The notes under the pieces are model-generated. The model ran no database searches and was not told where the DNA came from. It saw only the letters and a list, made by a program, of their open reading frames with translations. From Stegostoma tigrinum (Eukaryota), in contig NC_081387.1 of NCBI RefSeq assembly GCF_030684315.1, positions 2,088,497 to 2,152,496 on the forward strand: DNA of 64,000 bases, given 5' to 3'. Position 1 is the stretch's first letter; every line of letters begins with the position of its first letter. Below are positions 25,164 to 36,763 of this stretch, in pieces. Position numbers and translations under genes: made by a program.

Positions 25164-26539
25164 GAGCAAAGTTTGGCCAAGCAATGATTCTTGTCACATA
25201 CACTGACAGTGGGGAAACGTACTGTTTGAACTGATCAAACAATCTGGGCAGTGCCCATTCAGCTCCCTCTTGCCACTAACCGATATTTAGGAAACAGGCA
25301 ACTTGCCTGGATTCCTACTGTTGTGTCCTATTCTCTCACCGTGCATAATCTCTTCCAATTTGGTGTGACATGTTATTATCCTTCAAACTAGAATTACTTG
25401 AGAAAATGTAAAAAATGTGATTGTTTTAAGATGCTGGGACTGAGGGTCAAATCTGAAATTCAACATGATCATTGGCTAATCATTAACTCAGTTTCCATTC
25501 CTTGCTTTTTCCCAATATCCTTTGATCTCTTTAACCCAAAGAACAAAATTAACTCCTTTTTGAAAACATTTAGCATTTCAGCTTCAACCTGTTCCTGTGC
25601 CAGAGAATTCCAGATACTTACTACTCCTTTGGTGAAGAAATGTCCCCTCATCTCAGTCCTAAAGAATCTGCAGATCACTGAACATAAAATTTAACACTAA
25701 TGTGTGTGTTGAGACATGTTAACAGGTAGAAGGGGATAACTTTCTGGTAGTACGGTATGAAAGTTGCTCTAGGGATTGTTTAGTCAATATTGCTTTGAGT
25801 TTGTTTGTTTGAATAAGACTATTAAAATTTAAAATTTGAATGTGTGATTTCTTGAAGTTGGTTCCTAGGAATTGAAATCTCCTTTAAAATTTATCAGTAA
25901 CATTACTCAATCAACACTGATAAACAAGATTCTTTGGTCATTGTGGCATGGCTATTTGTGGGATCTGGCTGCACATTCTTTGGTTGCCACATTTCTTGCA
26001 CACGAACAGTGACCGTACTGCAACAACTTCAATGACTATAAAGTACTTTGAAATATCCGATGGTTGTGAAAGGCTATCTATAAATGCAAGCCTTTTTTTG
26101 ATAATGTCATGCAGATGCCAGGGAGGGCGGATTTGGGGAAGTGTGACATTATGGAGGAAGTTGTAAAGACAGGCACCATTCAGATCCCAATGCACAGACA
26201 AGACTGAGAACATCCCAAGTTCAGCTATCAGCCACAGTGCTGGGCAAATCTTAGCCCAGACTTTGGGAAGGGCTAAGGCCTTCAGGTAAAGAAGTCATTA
26301 AAAGACATTTCAATAAATATATCTCCAGGCATGACAGCTGAATTGCTTCAGTGGTTACACAGACAGGGAGGGCAAGGCAATGAAATGATTTGGAAAACAA
26401 TGAGAATTTTAAAAATGAGGTGCTGCTTGGCCAAGAGCCGGAAGAGGCCAGAGAATGGACAGCTGTTTGGTAAAAGGGTCTTGGTATCAGTTAGGAACTG
26501 TGCAATAGGGTTTTGGATGAATTCAGGTTTACCACAGCC

Positions 26540-27662
26540 AACATGATTGAATTTTTTGAGGAGGTTACAAGAGATGATCCATGAGGGTAGGGCAGTGGAT
26601 GTTGTTGACATAAACTTCAGTAAGCCTTCAGTAAGGTACCAGTGGAAGGGTGCGTTTCTGAATGGAGAGCTGTCACTAGTGGCATTCCTCAGGGATCAGT
26701 GTTGAGACCTTTGTTATTTGTAGTATATATAAATGATTTGGAAGAAAATGTAACGGGTTTGATTAGTAAGTTTGCAGATGACAAAAAGGTGGAATTGTGA
26801 ACAGCAATGAGGACAGTCAAAGGATACAGTAAGATATAGATCAATTGGTCACTTGAGCAGAGAGATAGCAAATAGACTTTAATCTGGAAAAATGTGAGGT
26901 AATGCATTTCCAGAGGTCTAATCCAGATGGAAAATATACAGTAAATGACAGAATACTTAAGATTACTGAAAGGCAGAAGGATCTGGGTTTACAAGTATAG
27001 ATAGCTGAAAATGGCAATGCAGGTGGAGAAGATTTTCAACAAGGCATACAGTATGCTTACCTTCATTGGCCAGGGCATTGAGTTTAAAAATTAGCAGGTA
27101 ATATTGCAGCTTTATAGAACCTTGGTTAAATCGCATTTGGAATATTATGCTCAATTCTGGTTGCCACTCTACAGTAGAATGTGGTGCTTTGGAGAGGGTA
27201 CAGAAAAGATTCACCAAAATATTGCTTGGTATGGAGGGCATTAGCTATTTGGACAGGTTGGAGAAACTTGGGTTGTTCTTATTGGAACAACGGAGGTTGA
27301 GGGGCAACCTTACAGAGGTTCACAAGATTATGAAGGGCATGGACACATGGGACCGTCCAGGAGCTTTTTTCCCAGAACAGAAGAGTTAGTTACAAGAGGT
27401 TATAGGTTTAAGGTGCAATGGGTAAGGTTTAAAGGTGATGTATGAGGCAAGTTTTTAACACAGAGGTGGTGGGTGGCTGCTGGAGAAGGTAGTGGAAGCA
27501 TATATCATAGTGACTTTAAACGGGCATCTTGACAAATACATGAATAGGGTGGGAATAGAGGGATATGGTCCGTGGAAGGGAAGGGGGTTTTAGTTGTGAT
27601 GGACAGCATATCAGGGCAGGCTTGGAGGGTCAAAGGGCCTGTTCACTGTACTTTCTTTGTTC
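26540..27662 (+). mobile_element. CR1-type LINE RT/3' fragment
   Basis: GIPQGSVL, KFADD and LERVQKRFTK motifs; absent from the paralogous region at ~51610. Confidence 0.8.
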
Positions 27663-27949
27663 ATTGATCTTTGAGATCAATGGAATAGTTGAGACCAGAG
27701 CATATAAAAGTATGCATGAGGATTTTAGCATAATTTGAACTAAGATGGGGTGTCACTGGTCTTTCATGTGAGTGATCTTGCACTTTTCTGTGCATCATAT
27801 GCTTGTTGCTGACCAATCTTTAGAAATGACAGTGAGTCATAACAGAGAACACTTCATATAATCAGACATAATTACATAGTAGTCCAACAGAAAAGGTCAT
27901 CTGAAATGAGTTCTCAAACAAGGCCCCTTCTGATCGCTGTCTGAGGTGA

Positions 27950-28210
27950 CTGTAAATGATCCCACAGCACTATTTTAAAGAACAACAGGGAAGTTATCCC
28001 TGGTGTCTTATCCAATGTTTGTTATCAACCAACAAACTTAAAAACAGATTAACCGGGCATCCCATGTTGCTGTTTGTGGCAGCTTGCTGTGCACACATTA
28101 ACTGCTACATTTCTGACATGACAGCAGTAATTACATTCCATTTCCTTGTCTGAAAAATGTTTTGGGACATCTGAGTTTGTGAACAGTTCCATTGAAATGC
28201 AAGTCTTTCC
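27950..28210 (+). mobile_element. DeuSINE-like (SacSINE1/AmnSINE-related) ancient SINE fragment; further copies at ~1640, 11160, 16250, 25935, 29425, 30915, 49900, 52195, 54745
   Basis: TTGCTGTTTGTGGCAGCTTGCTGTGCAC...GCTACATTTC...ACAGCAGT...AAATGCAAGTCTTTC matches the Deu-domain/3' tail as recalled. Confidence 0.6.
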
Positions 28211-28722
28211 TGTGATTTCTGATGGGGTTACAAGGATTGGCTGTTTGGAGGTCTTCGAGAGATTTGAAAAGACATTCATTATCCAGAACATTGGTGTGGA
28301 TATTATGGGATACAGTTTGTATAAAATCTGCTCCTTCATTCACCATCTCCTCACTTGGTTTTCATTCTGATAGAAAATGAAGCAACTCTGGACGAGCAGA
28401 GAATAAGCAGAGTAGGTATGCTGGTGGTATTAGTCTGATTGTCTCCAAGGATGAAGAATGTTGTTCACACACTAGGAACCTCTGAGAAACATTTACCGGG
28501 GGAACTGAGGCAACAGCTGCAGTTAAGTGAGTTTTATTCAGATGGGACACTAACAGGTTTAAATCCCCACCTGATCTGCTGCTGAAAGTCACGTCCATCT
28601 CACCTGTCATTTTCCCAAGCTTCTGGAAATTTAGGTTGCTGCAGAAATATTTGGATTGACTGTGAGAGATGTCAATCAGAGAGCCCACCCACTCTGCCCA
28701 TTCTCTCCTCTTCCTCTTCCAG

Positions 28723-28767
28723 AGCTGGTTCATTTCCTATAGGGACTGAAAACCAATTGAGGAGATG
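28723..28767 (+). other. Predicted 45-nt micro-exon of locus 3
   Basis: ttcctcttccAG|AGCTGG...GAGGAGATG|GTGAGT. Confidence 0.65.
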
Positions 28768-31686
28768 GTGAGTGAAGGAGCAGCTTTTAATTTTTCTTGT
28801 TATTTAGGTCGCCTGGTGTCACTTCCTTTCGTTTTCCAGAGATAATAGCGCCCTTTATTTTCTCCTTTTTCCACAGATCACCAGTAGTTTATGTATTTTT
28901 AAAATCTAGATACTGTGTTATGAGACAGAAAGAAAAGCTCCAGCAGTAGAAACAAACCCGTGTTGCCATTGTGTCACGGAACACGCAAAGCCTGTTTAGG
29001 GCAATGCTTTAAGGCTAGGAGTAGTTTATATACAAATTGTATCCCATAATATCCGCACCAGTCTTCAGGCAGCCTGACTGTCCTGTGAGTGCTTTGTGCT
29101 AAACTGTTTGACAGGAGCTGTGTGTTGGATATTGATTGTATTCTTTGGAAGTATATCCCTTCTGAGATACAGGCTAAGTTGATGGCTCATTCCTGAGTAT
29201 GAGACAGTGAGGTGTAATTATTTGGAAGGTGCAGTGTCTAAGAATTCTTCCTGATTTCCTGTCGATGAGTTCTGTGTCTGTCTTGGAAGCTGGTTGTTAT
29301 CCTGTCGACTGGGAATGGTCAGTTCTGTGTGTGTGTGTGATGAGATTTGAATGTTTCCTGTCTTTTCAAATCCCTCCAAGACCTCTCACACTCAATCTCT
29401 GTAACCTCCGCTGAAAAGCCATCAAAGACTTGCATCTATGTAGAACCTTTCGGGACTACCAGCCATTCCAAAGTTTTATTACAGTTACTGGAAGTACTTT
29501 TTGAAGTGTGGACATTTTGTCATGTTGGAAACAGGACAGCAAATGTGTGCGCAACAATCTCCCACAACAGCAGTCATGTTTCACGTGATATTGTTTTCCG
29601 GTGGTTGTGCTTGAGGTATACATCAGATCCCATAGAAAAAAGAAATTTGATTTCTCAGTGATCAATGAAACATCATTGCAGAACATAATTTAACATTTTA
29701 AGACTTTTATTGGAACAAACTAAAAGCAACATTGACTGAACAGTACCTGTCGGCAATTCAAACAGTAAACTACAGAAAAGATAAACTTCTTTGATTATTA
29801 ACACCAATTTTAGTTAGACTTTACGCATCCTCAGTTTCAAAGGTGAACAGGTCCTAGGTGCTTTTGCCACTCAGCCATACCCTGCCATTCAATAAAATCA
29901 TAGCTGATGCCTTTTCATTAGTTTGACGATAATCATTGAATGAGGGCTGCGCCAAGCTGTGAGATTGTGATGGAATACAGTCCTGCTGCTGATGATTGAC
30001 TGTACCTCCTGGACACCCAGTTTTGGGATATATCCACCGCCTGTGTTTCAAGTGATGATGAACATGGTGAAGTAGTGATTCATCAGTTAAGAGAGAGTTT
30101 AGTTTTCCTTGAACGTGTTTGCCCTGAAGCAATGAGACTGTATGGAGTCAATGTTGTTAAACCATCATGACAGCAATTTGACTGCCATGTCAGTGGATGC
30201 ATTTGTTAAAATGTACTTTTATGCATTTTCCAAAGATTTCACCTTAAAGCCTTCATGAGTGACCTTCCCTCTATTATATGGTCAGAATGGGAGGTTCACT
30301 GAAATTTGCACAAAGTTCAGCAGCACTGTCAACTCCTCAGATGCTGAAGCAGTCCATGACAAAATGGAGCAACACCTGGACAATATCCAGCCTTGTGTTG
30401 ACACACAGCAGATAACATTTGCATTATTCAAATGCCAGACAGTGATCATATCCAATAAGTTAACCATCACCATAACACCATAAGAAACTGGAGCACAATG
30501 AGGCCATTCAGTCCATTGAGTCTTCTCACCATTTGATCATGGCTGATTTGTCTCTCAACTATATTCCCTTTTTTCTTCATATCCCTTGATTGCCTTATGA
30601 ATGAAGAATGTATCTATCTCTGACGTAAATATCTCGGATTATTTAAGTCTGAATAAATATCTATTTATTCATAGGTATGGATAAACCCCACACATACGTG
30701 TGCTATGTAAATAAATACCTCCTTCATGTGAGTGTTCTTGCACTTTTCAGTGCATCACGTGCCTGTTGCTGACCAATCTTGGGAAATGACAGTGAGTCGT
30801 AACAGAGAACACTTCATAGAATCATACACAATTACAGAGTAGTCCAACAGAAAAGGTCATCTCAAATGAGTTCTGAAACAAGACCCCTTCTGATCGCTCT
30901 CTGAGGTGACTGCAAATGATCCCATAGCACTTATTTTAAAGAACAACAGGCAAGTTATCCCTGGTGTCTTATGCAATGTTCGTTATCAACCAACATATTT
31001 AAAAACAGATTAACTGGGCATCCTCCTGCTGCTGTTTGTGGCAGCTTGCTGCGCACACAATAACTGTTACATTTCTGACATGACAGCAGTAATCACATTC
31101 CAAAATTTAATTCCACATTTCCTTGGCTGAGAAATGTTTTGGGACATCTGAGTTCATGAATAGTTCTATTGAAATGCAAGTCTTTCCTATGATTTCTGAT
31201 GGCGTTACAAGGATTGGCTGTTTGGAGGTCTTAGAGAGATTTGAAAAGACATTCGTCATCCAGTACATTGGTGTGGACAATATGGGCTTCAGTTTGTAAA
31301 ACAAAACAGCCTCCTCACTTGGCCTTCAGTTCTGAAAGGAAATGAAGCAACTCTGGAAGAGCAGAGAATAAGCAGAGTAGGTATGCTGTTGGTATTAGTC
31401 TGATTGTCTCAAAGGATGAAGAATGCTGTTCACACACTAGGAACTTCTGAGAAACATTTACCAGGGCAACTGAGACAACAGTTGCAGTAAGTGAGTTTTA
31501 TTCAGATGAGACAATGACAAGTTTAAATACCCACCTGACCTGCTGCTCAAAAGCGCCTCCATTTCACTGGCCAGTTTCCCAAGTTTCAGGAAACTCATGT
31601 TGCTGCAGAAATATTTAGATTGACTGGGAGAGACGTCAATCAGAGAGCCCACCCACTCTGCCCATTCTCTCCTCTTCCTCTTCCAG

Positions 31687-31731
31687 AGCTGGTTCGCTTC
31701 CTATGGGGACTGAAAACCAAGTGAGGAGATG
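31687..31731 (+). other. Duplicated micro-exon copy with weakened donor
   Basis: Same 45-nt sequence, but the donor is GTGCTG because homology ends just after the exon. Confidence 0.5.
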
Positions 31732-31759
31732 GTGCTGGTATCTTCCACTGTAATGCAAA

Positions 31760-32680
31760 ATACTTCTTCAGTTTCTCCGCCATTTCTTTATTCCCCATTT
31801 CTACTTCTCTTTTATTTTTCAGCAGTCAAATGTCCACTTTTGCCTGTGTTTCACCTTTTATACACCTTAAAAGAAACCTCTTGTAATATTCTTTCATTAC
31901 CAGCTAGCTTCTCCCCCTTATTGCTTTTCCACTTATCTTGGGTTGTAAAGGCTTCCCAACTCTCAACTCGACTGACATAAATTCTACATCTTCAGACTCT
32001 AAATCATTTACTGGTGTTGCTTTAATTTCATTTCTTACCAACAAGCAACCCTGCCCCTCTGCCTGTCCTTACAATATGAGTTGTCTCCTTGAATATTTAG
32101 TTCCTCGCCCTGATTCTCTTCTAGCCATGGTTTTTGTGACACCCACAAAATCATATCTGTCAATTTCATTCTGTGCGACAAGCTTAAGTACCTTTTTTTT
32201 TAAATTGAATTGAATTCCAGCACCCAACCCCCCTACCAAACTGTCACTTTTCTGCTGTGCCGGAAGTTAGATTCCTGAGCCTTTCCATACTCTCTGTCCT
32301 ATTACTTGTTCTGCACACTATAACCTCTGTTCGGCAACTCTTCTTTAACTTATACATAATTTTCCATAGAAATGAACCCCCACACAACTTTGTTTAAGTC
32401 CATATTCAGAGCTTTAGTTGTGTGATTCACCAGGTCTCTGGTCCCAGCATGATTCAGGTGGAGCCCATCCCATTGGAACAGCTCCCTGCTTCCCCAGTAC
32501 TGATGCCACTATTCCATGAATTCAAACCTGTTTCTCCCACACCAGTAATTCAGCCATGTGGTTGCCTCTTTAATCTTGTTGACCCTGTACCAATTTGCTG
32601 ATGGCTCAGGGTTCTGGTTTCTAATTTAGACCATATCTGCTCATATTCCTGAGCAGAACTTCTTTCCTCTATCTATTTAC
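31760..32680 (-). mobile_element. CR1-type LINE fragment including ORF1 esterase motif
   Basis: Minus strand HQYWGSRELFQWDGLHLNHAGTRD at ~32432-32505. Confidence 0.6.
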
Positions 32681-32719
32681 CTAGAACGTGGCTGCAAGTC
32701 CGTGTCAGAGGCTAGGAAT

Positions 32720-35642
32720 TATGCACCAAACTCAATTGTTGACTCCCAAAGCCATCAACAAGGCAGAAGTAAGAAGCGGGGTTCCCCCAAATAGTCAGAA
32801 GGAAATTGAGAAGCAAATATGTAGGAGATCTCGGAAAAGTGTAAGAGTAATAGGGTTGTAACATTAGGGGGTGATTTTAGCTTTCCAAGCATGGATTAGG
32901 ACTGCCATAGTGTTAAGGGTTTGGGGAATTTGTTAAATGTCTTCAAAAATTTTCTTGATCAACATGTAGATGTTCCTACAAGAGAAGAAGAAAAACTTGA
33001 CCTTCCAATGGGAAGTAAGGCAGGGCAAGTGACTGAAGTGTGGGCTGAGTAGCACTTTGGGACCAGTGACAATAAGTCTATTAATTTTCAAGTAGAAATG
33101 GGAAAGGATAGGCCTTGAATAAAAAATTAAAATTCTGGATTAGAACAAGGAACATTTTGATGGTACGAGACAGAAACTTTTAAAAGTCAGATAGTAAGTA
33201 CTGCAAATGATGGAGGTCAGAGTTGATAAAACATGGAACTGGAAGAGCACAGTAGGTCAGACATTTTCAGAACAGCAGAAAAATTGATGATTCCTGGTCC
33301 TCTGATCCTTTCTGGCCAGCTGTGCTCCTCCAGCTCCACATTTTATCGACTTTTAAAGTTGACAGGAGTAGACTGTTTTCAGAGAAAGACAAGTTGCAGG
33401 TGAGAGGCTTTCAAAAGTGAGATAACAAGAGCTCAGAAGCATTAAGTTCTGTCACAGAGAAGGCTAAGAATGGTAAGAGTGGGGAGCAATGGATGAATGA
33501 AGATATGGAGGCTTTGGTCAAGAATGACAAGTCATATATCAGACAAGTGGGAATTTAACTGAAGAGTAGAAGGGGTATAGGGGCATTCTTAAGAGGGAAA
33601 TCAGGAGGGCAGAAGAGTGTATGAGATAGCTTTGGCAGATAAGGAACTTCCAAAGAGATTTTATTGTACATTAAGAGCAAAAGAGCAACTAGAGAGAGAA
33701 TAGGGCCCAAAGATCAGTGGGGTCATCGATGTTCTGCAGTGTGGAAACAGTGTCGGCCCAACAAGTCCACACTGCCCCTTGAAGCATCCCACCCAGACCC
33801 ATCCTCCGATAACCCACACACCCCTGAACACTACGGGCAATTTAGCATGGCCAGTCCACCTAACCTGCACATCTTTGGACTGTGGGAGGAAGCCGGAGCA
33901 CCCGGAGGAAAACCACGCAGACACGGGGAGAATGCGCAAACTCCACACAGACAGTCGCCCGAGGCGGGAATCGAACCCTGGCGCTGTGAGGATGCAGTGC
34001 TAACCACTGAGCCACCGTGCCGGGAAAGATCCTAAATGAATGTTTCACATTGGTTTCTGCTGTGGCAAAAACAAACGGAGGCTAGCAAACTTGGAGAAAT
34101 AAATATTGATGTCTTAAACAGTCCACATTACAGAAGAGGAGATTCTAGATGCTTAAAAAACATAAAGGTGGAAAAATCTTCAGAATCTGATCAAGCATAC
34201 GCCAGGGCCTTATGGGAAGTTAGGGAAGAAATTACAGCGCTTCTACATATTTGTATGATTTACAGTCAAGGGTGAGGTACCGGAGGACTGGAGGGTGGCC
34301 ACTGTTGTACTTTTATTTAAGAAAGGCTGTGAGGAGAAGTCTGGAAACTGTAGACCAGTGAGCCTGACTTCAGTGGTTGGTAAGTTGTTAGAATGGACTT
34401 GGAGATAGTATTCACATGCATTTGGAGAGGTAAGGGCTGATGAAGGATAAGTTAGCACTGGCTTTGTGCATGGGAAGTCATGTCTCTCAAACTTAACAGA
34501 GTTTCTTGAGGATGTAACCAAGAAGATTGATCGAGGACAAAGCGGTAGAGTTTGTACATGTGGGCTTTCGTAAAGCTTTCGACAAGGTTCTGCGTGGTAG
34601 ACTCATTGGTGAAGTTAGATCACATGGGATTCAAGAAGAGCTTGACGACTGGATTCAAAATTGGCTTGATAGTAGGAAATGGAGGGTGGTGGGGAGGGTT
34701 GTTCAGACTGGAGGCCTGTGACCAGTGGTGATCTGCAGGGATCGTTGCTGGATCCACTTCTGTTTGTCATTTGTGTAAGCATTTTAAATGAGAATTTCAG
34801 AGGCAAGGTTAGTAAGTTTACAGATGACACCAAAATTAGTGGTACAGTGGACAATAAATAAGATTATCTAAGATTACAAAGAGATCTTGAACAATTGGGC
34901 CAATGGGCTGAGGAACAGCAGTTGGAGTTTACTTTTGATAAATGTGAAGTATTGCATTTTGGTAAAGGCATCAAGGGCAGGACTTATACAGTTAATAGTA
35001 GGGCCCAACCTTGGGGGTTAAGGTACATAGTTGTTTGAAATTTACATCACAGGCGGTCAGGGTGACTAAGAAGACGTTTAGTCCACTTGCCTTCACTGTT
35101 TGGGCGACTGAGTCTGGGAGCTGGAATGTCATGTTGAGGTTGCATAGGACATTATTACAGGGGTTCAGAAAAGATTTACCAGGATGTTGGCAGGAGTAGG
35201 GGTTTGAGTTATAAGGGTACATTAGATAAGCGGGGACATTTTACAATGGAGGTCCATGTGTTACTTAGAGGAGTTTCTAAAATCATGAAGGCACAGAAAA
35301 GGTAAATTTCAAAGGGCTTTTCCACAGGGGGATAGATGTGAGAGAGTTCATAACTAGTGGACTTTTTTTAGGTGAGAGGAGGAAGATTTAAAAGAGATGC
35401 GAGGGGTAACTTGCACACAGAGGCGATTCGTCTGTAGAATGAACTGCCAGAGGGACTGGTAGCATCAGGTGGAGTTACAACGTTTAGAAGACATTTAGAT
35501 AGGGACATGAATAGGAAAGGTTTAGAGGGAAATGGGTGACACACAGGTTGTGGGAATAGTTTTGTTTGGGAATCTTGATTGACATGGACTACTTGGGCCG
35601 AGGAGTCTGTTTCTGTGCTGTATACTCTATAACTTTGAGTCT
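32720..35642 (+). mobile_element. Long decayed CR1-type LINE (ORF2)
   Basis: GDFSFP endonuclease motif, VPEDWRVA, FRKAFDKV, QGSLLDPLLF, KFTDDTK and 3' tail. Confidence 0.85.
33738..34021 (-). mobile_element. HE1-type V-SINE inserted in CR1
   Basis: Minus strand GGCACGGTGGCTCAGTGGTTAGCACTGC...GGTTCGATTCC A/B boxes and V-domain. Confidence 0.85.
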
Positions 35643-35761
35643 AGAGTCTGATTGAATATTTTCCATTGTTTGGATGAGAGCAGCCACACATCATCCTAAC
35701 TCGGAAATATATTGCTGTTCCTTCAGTGTCTCTGGGTCAAAATCCTGGAACACACTGCACA

Positions 35762-36068
35762 ATAGATTAGATTCCCTACAGTGTGGAAACAGGCCCTTCG
35801 GCCCAACAAGTCCACGCTGCCCCTTGAAGCATCCCACCCAGACCCATCCCCCATAACCCACACACCCCTGAACACTATCGGCAATTTAGCATGGCCAATC
35901 CACCTAGCCTGCACATCTTTTGACTATGGGAGGAAACTGGAGCACCCGGAGGAAACCCACGCAGACACGGGGAGAATGTGCAAACTCCACACAGTCGCCG
36001 GAGGCCGGAATCGAACCCGGGGCCCTGGCACTGTGAGGCTGCAGTGCTAACCACTGAGCCACCGTGCC
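35762..36068 (-). mobile_element. HE1-type V-SINE, full length
   Basis: Same structure, with a GGGAATCTAATCTA tail; absent from the paralogous position at ~62815. Confidence 0.85.
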
Positions 36069-36763
36069 ATACCTGGGTATCCCTACACAGTGTGGACTCC
36101 AGCAGTGCAAGAAGGTAGCTCATTGCCACACCTTCTCCAGGACAATAACAGAGGGACAAGAAATGCTGGCATAAGCAGCGACGCCCAGACTCTGTGAAAG
36201 TATATACAAGAAAGAACTGAGGCGTTCACACCTTCAACAACTAGGGCGAGTGAGTTGGAAAAAAAATCATGTTTCTATTTACTGTTTTACAGAAAGATTG
36301 CACTGTACTTCACCAGGCAATATAGAGATATAGATCCAGAAGATCACCCAAAGAACATCTGGACACAGTGGGAAGACATCCAATCCCTTCACAGCTTTGT
36401 TCAACAGGGAGAAAGTTGAGAATGAAACCATCTATCAGGTCAGGGGAGCTTGACATATCATCAGATCTGAAACCAGCAGTGGTGTGGAGACTTCCATCAG
36501 CACCAACCTTTATGAAGATTTAGAGGTGAGGATTTGGACGAGGCTGGGAAGAAGAGTGAGTTGCTTCAACTGTGGTGAGAGCGTCAATCCTTCATTAACT
36601 CTTGTGAACCACTGGCTCACTCTTACAGACGAGAGGATGTTCAATTATGAGGATTGGGAGGAAATTCATATAATCGTCTAACATACAAGCTATAATTGTT
36701 ATAAAATTTCTAACGAAAGGAAAGTCATCTGGAGAGAAAACACTCAAGTGGGAAGTGATTGTG

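Larger units (their letters stand above)
27760..31735 (+). repeat. ~1-kb direct duplication (27760-28770 / 30722-31735; third copy 51730-52860)
   Basis: Colinear from TTCATGTGAGTG..CTTGCACTTTTC to the micro-exon end. Confidence 0.85.

Noticed and set aside
28362-28733. Recurrent minus-strand ORF MNQLWKRKRREWAEWVGSLID (also 52623-52823, 4947-5189)
   Set aside because: It is the antisense of the polypyrimidine tract; lengths, starts and frames differ between copies, so similarity reflects DNA duplication.
33950-34021. tRNA-like A/B boxes (also 36000-36068, 14100-14170)
   Set aside because: These are heads of HE1-type SINEs, not tRNA genes.
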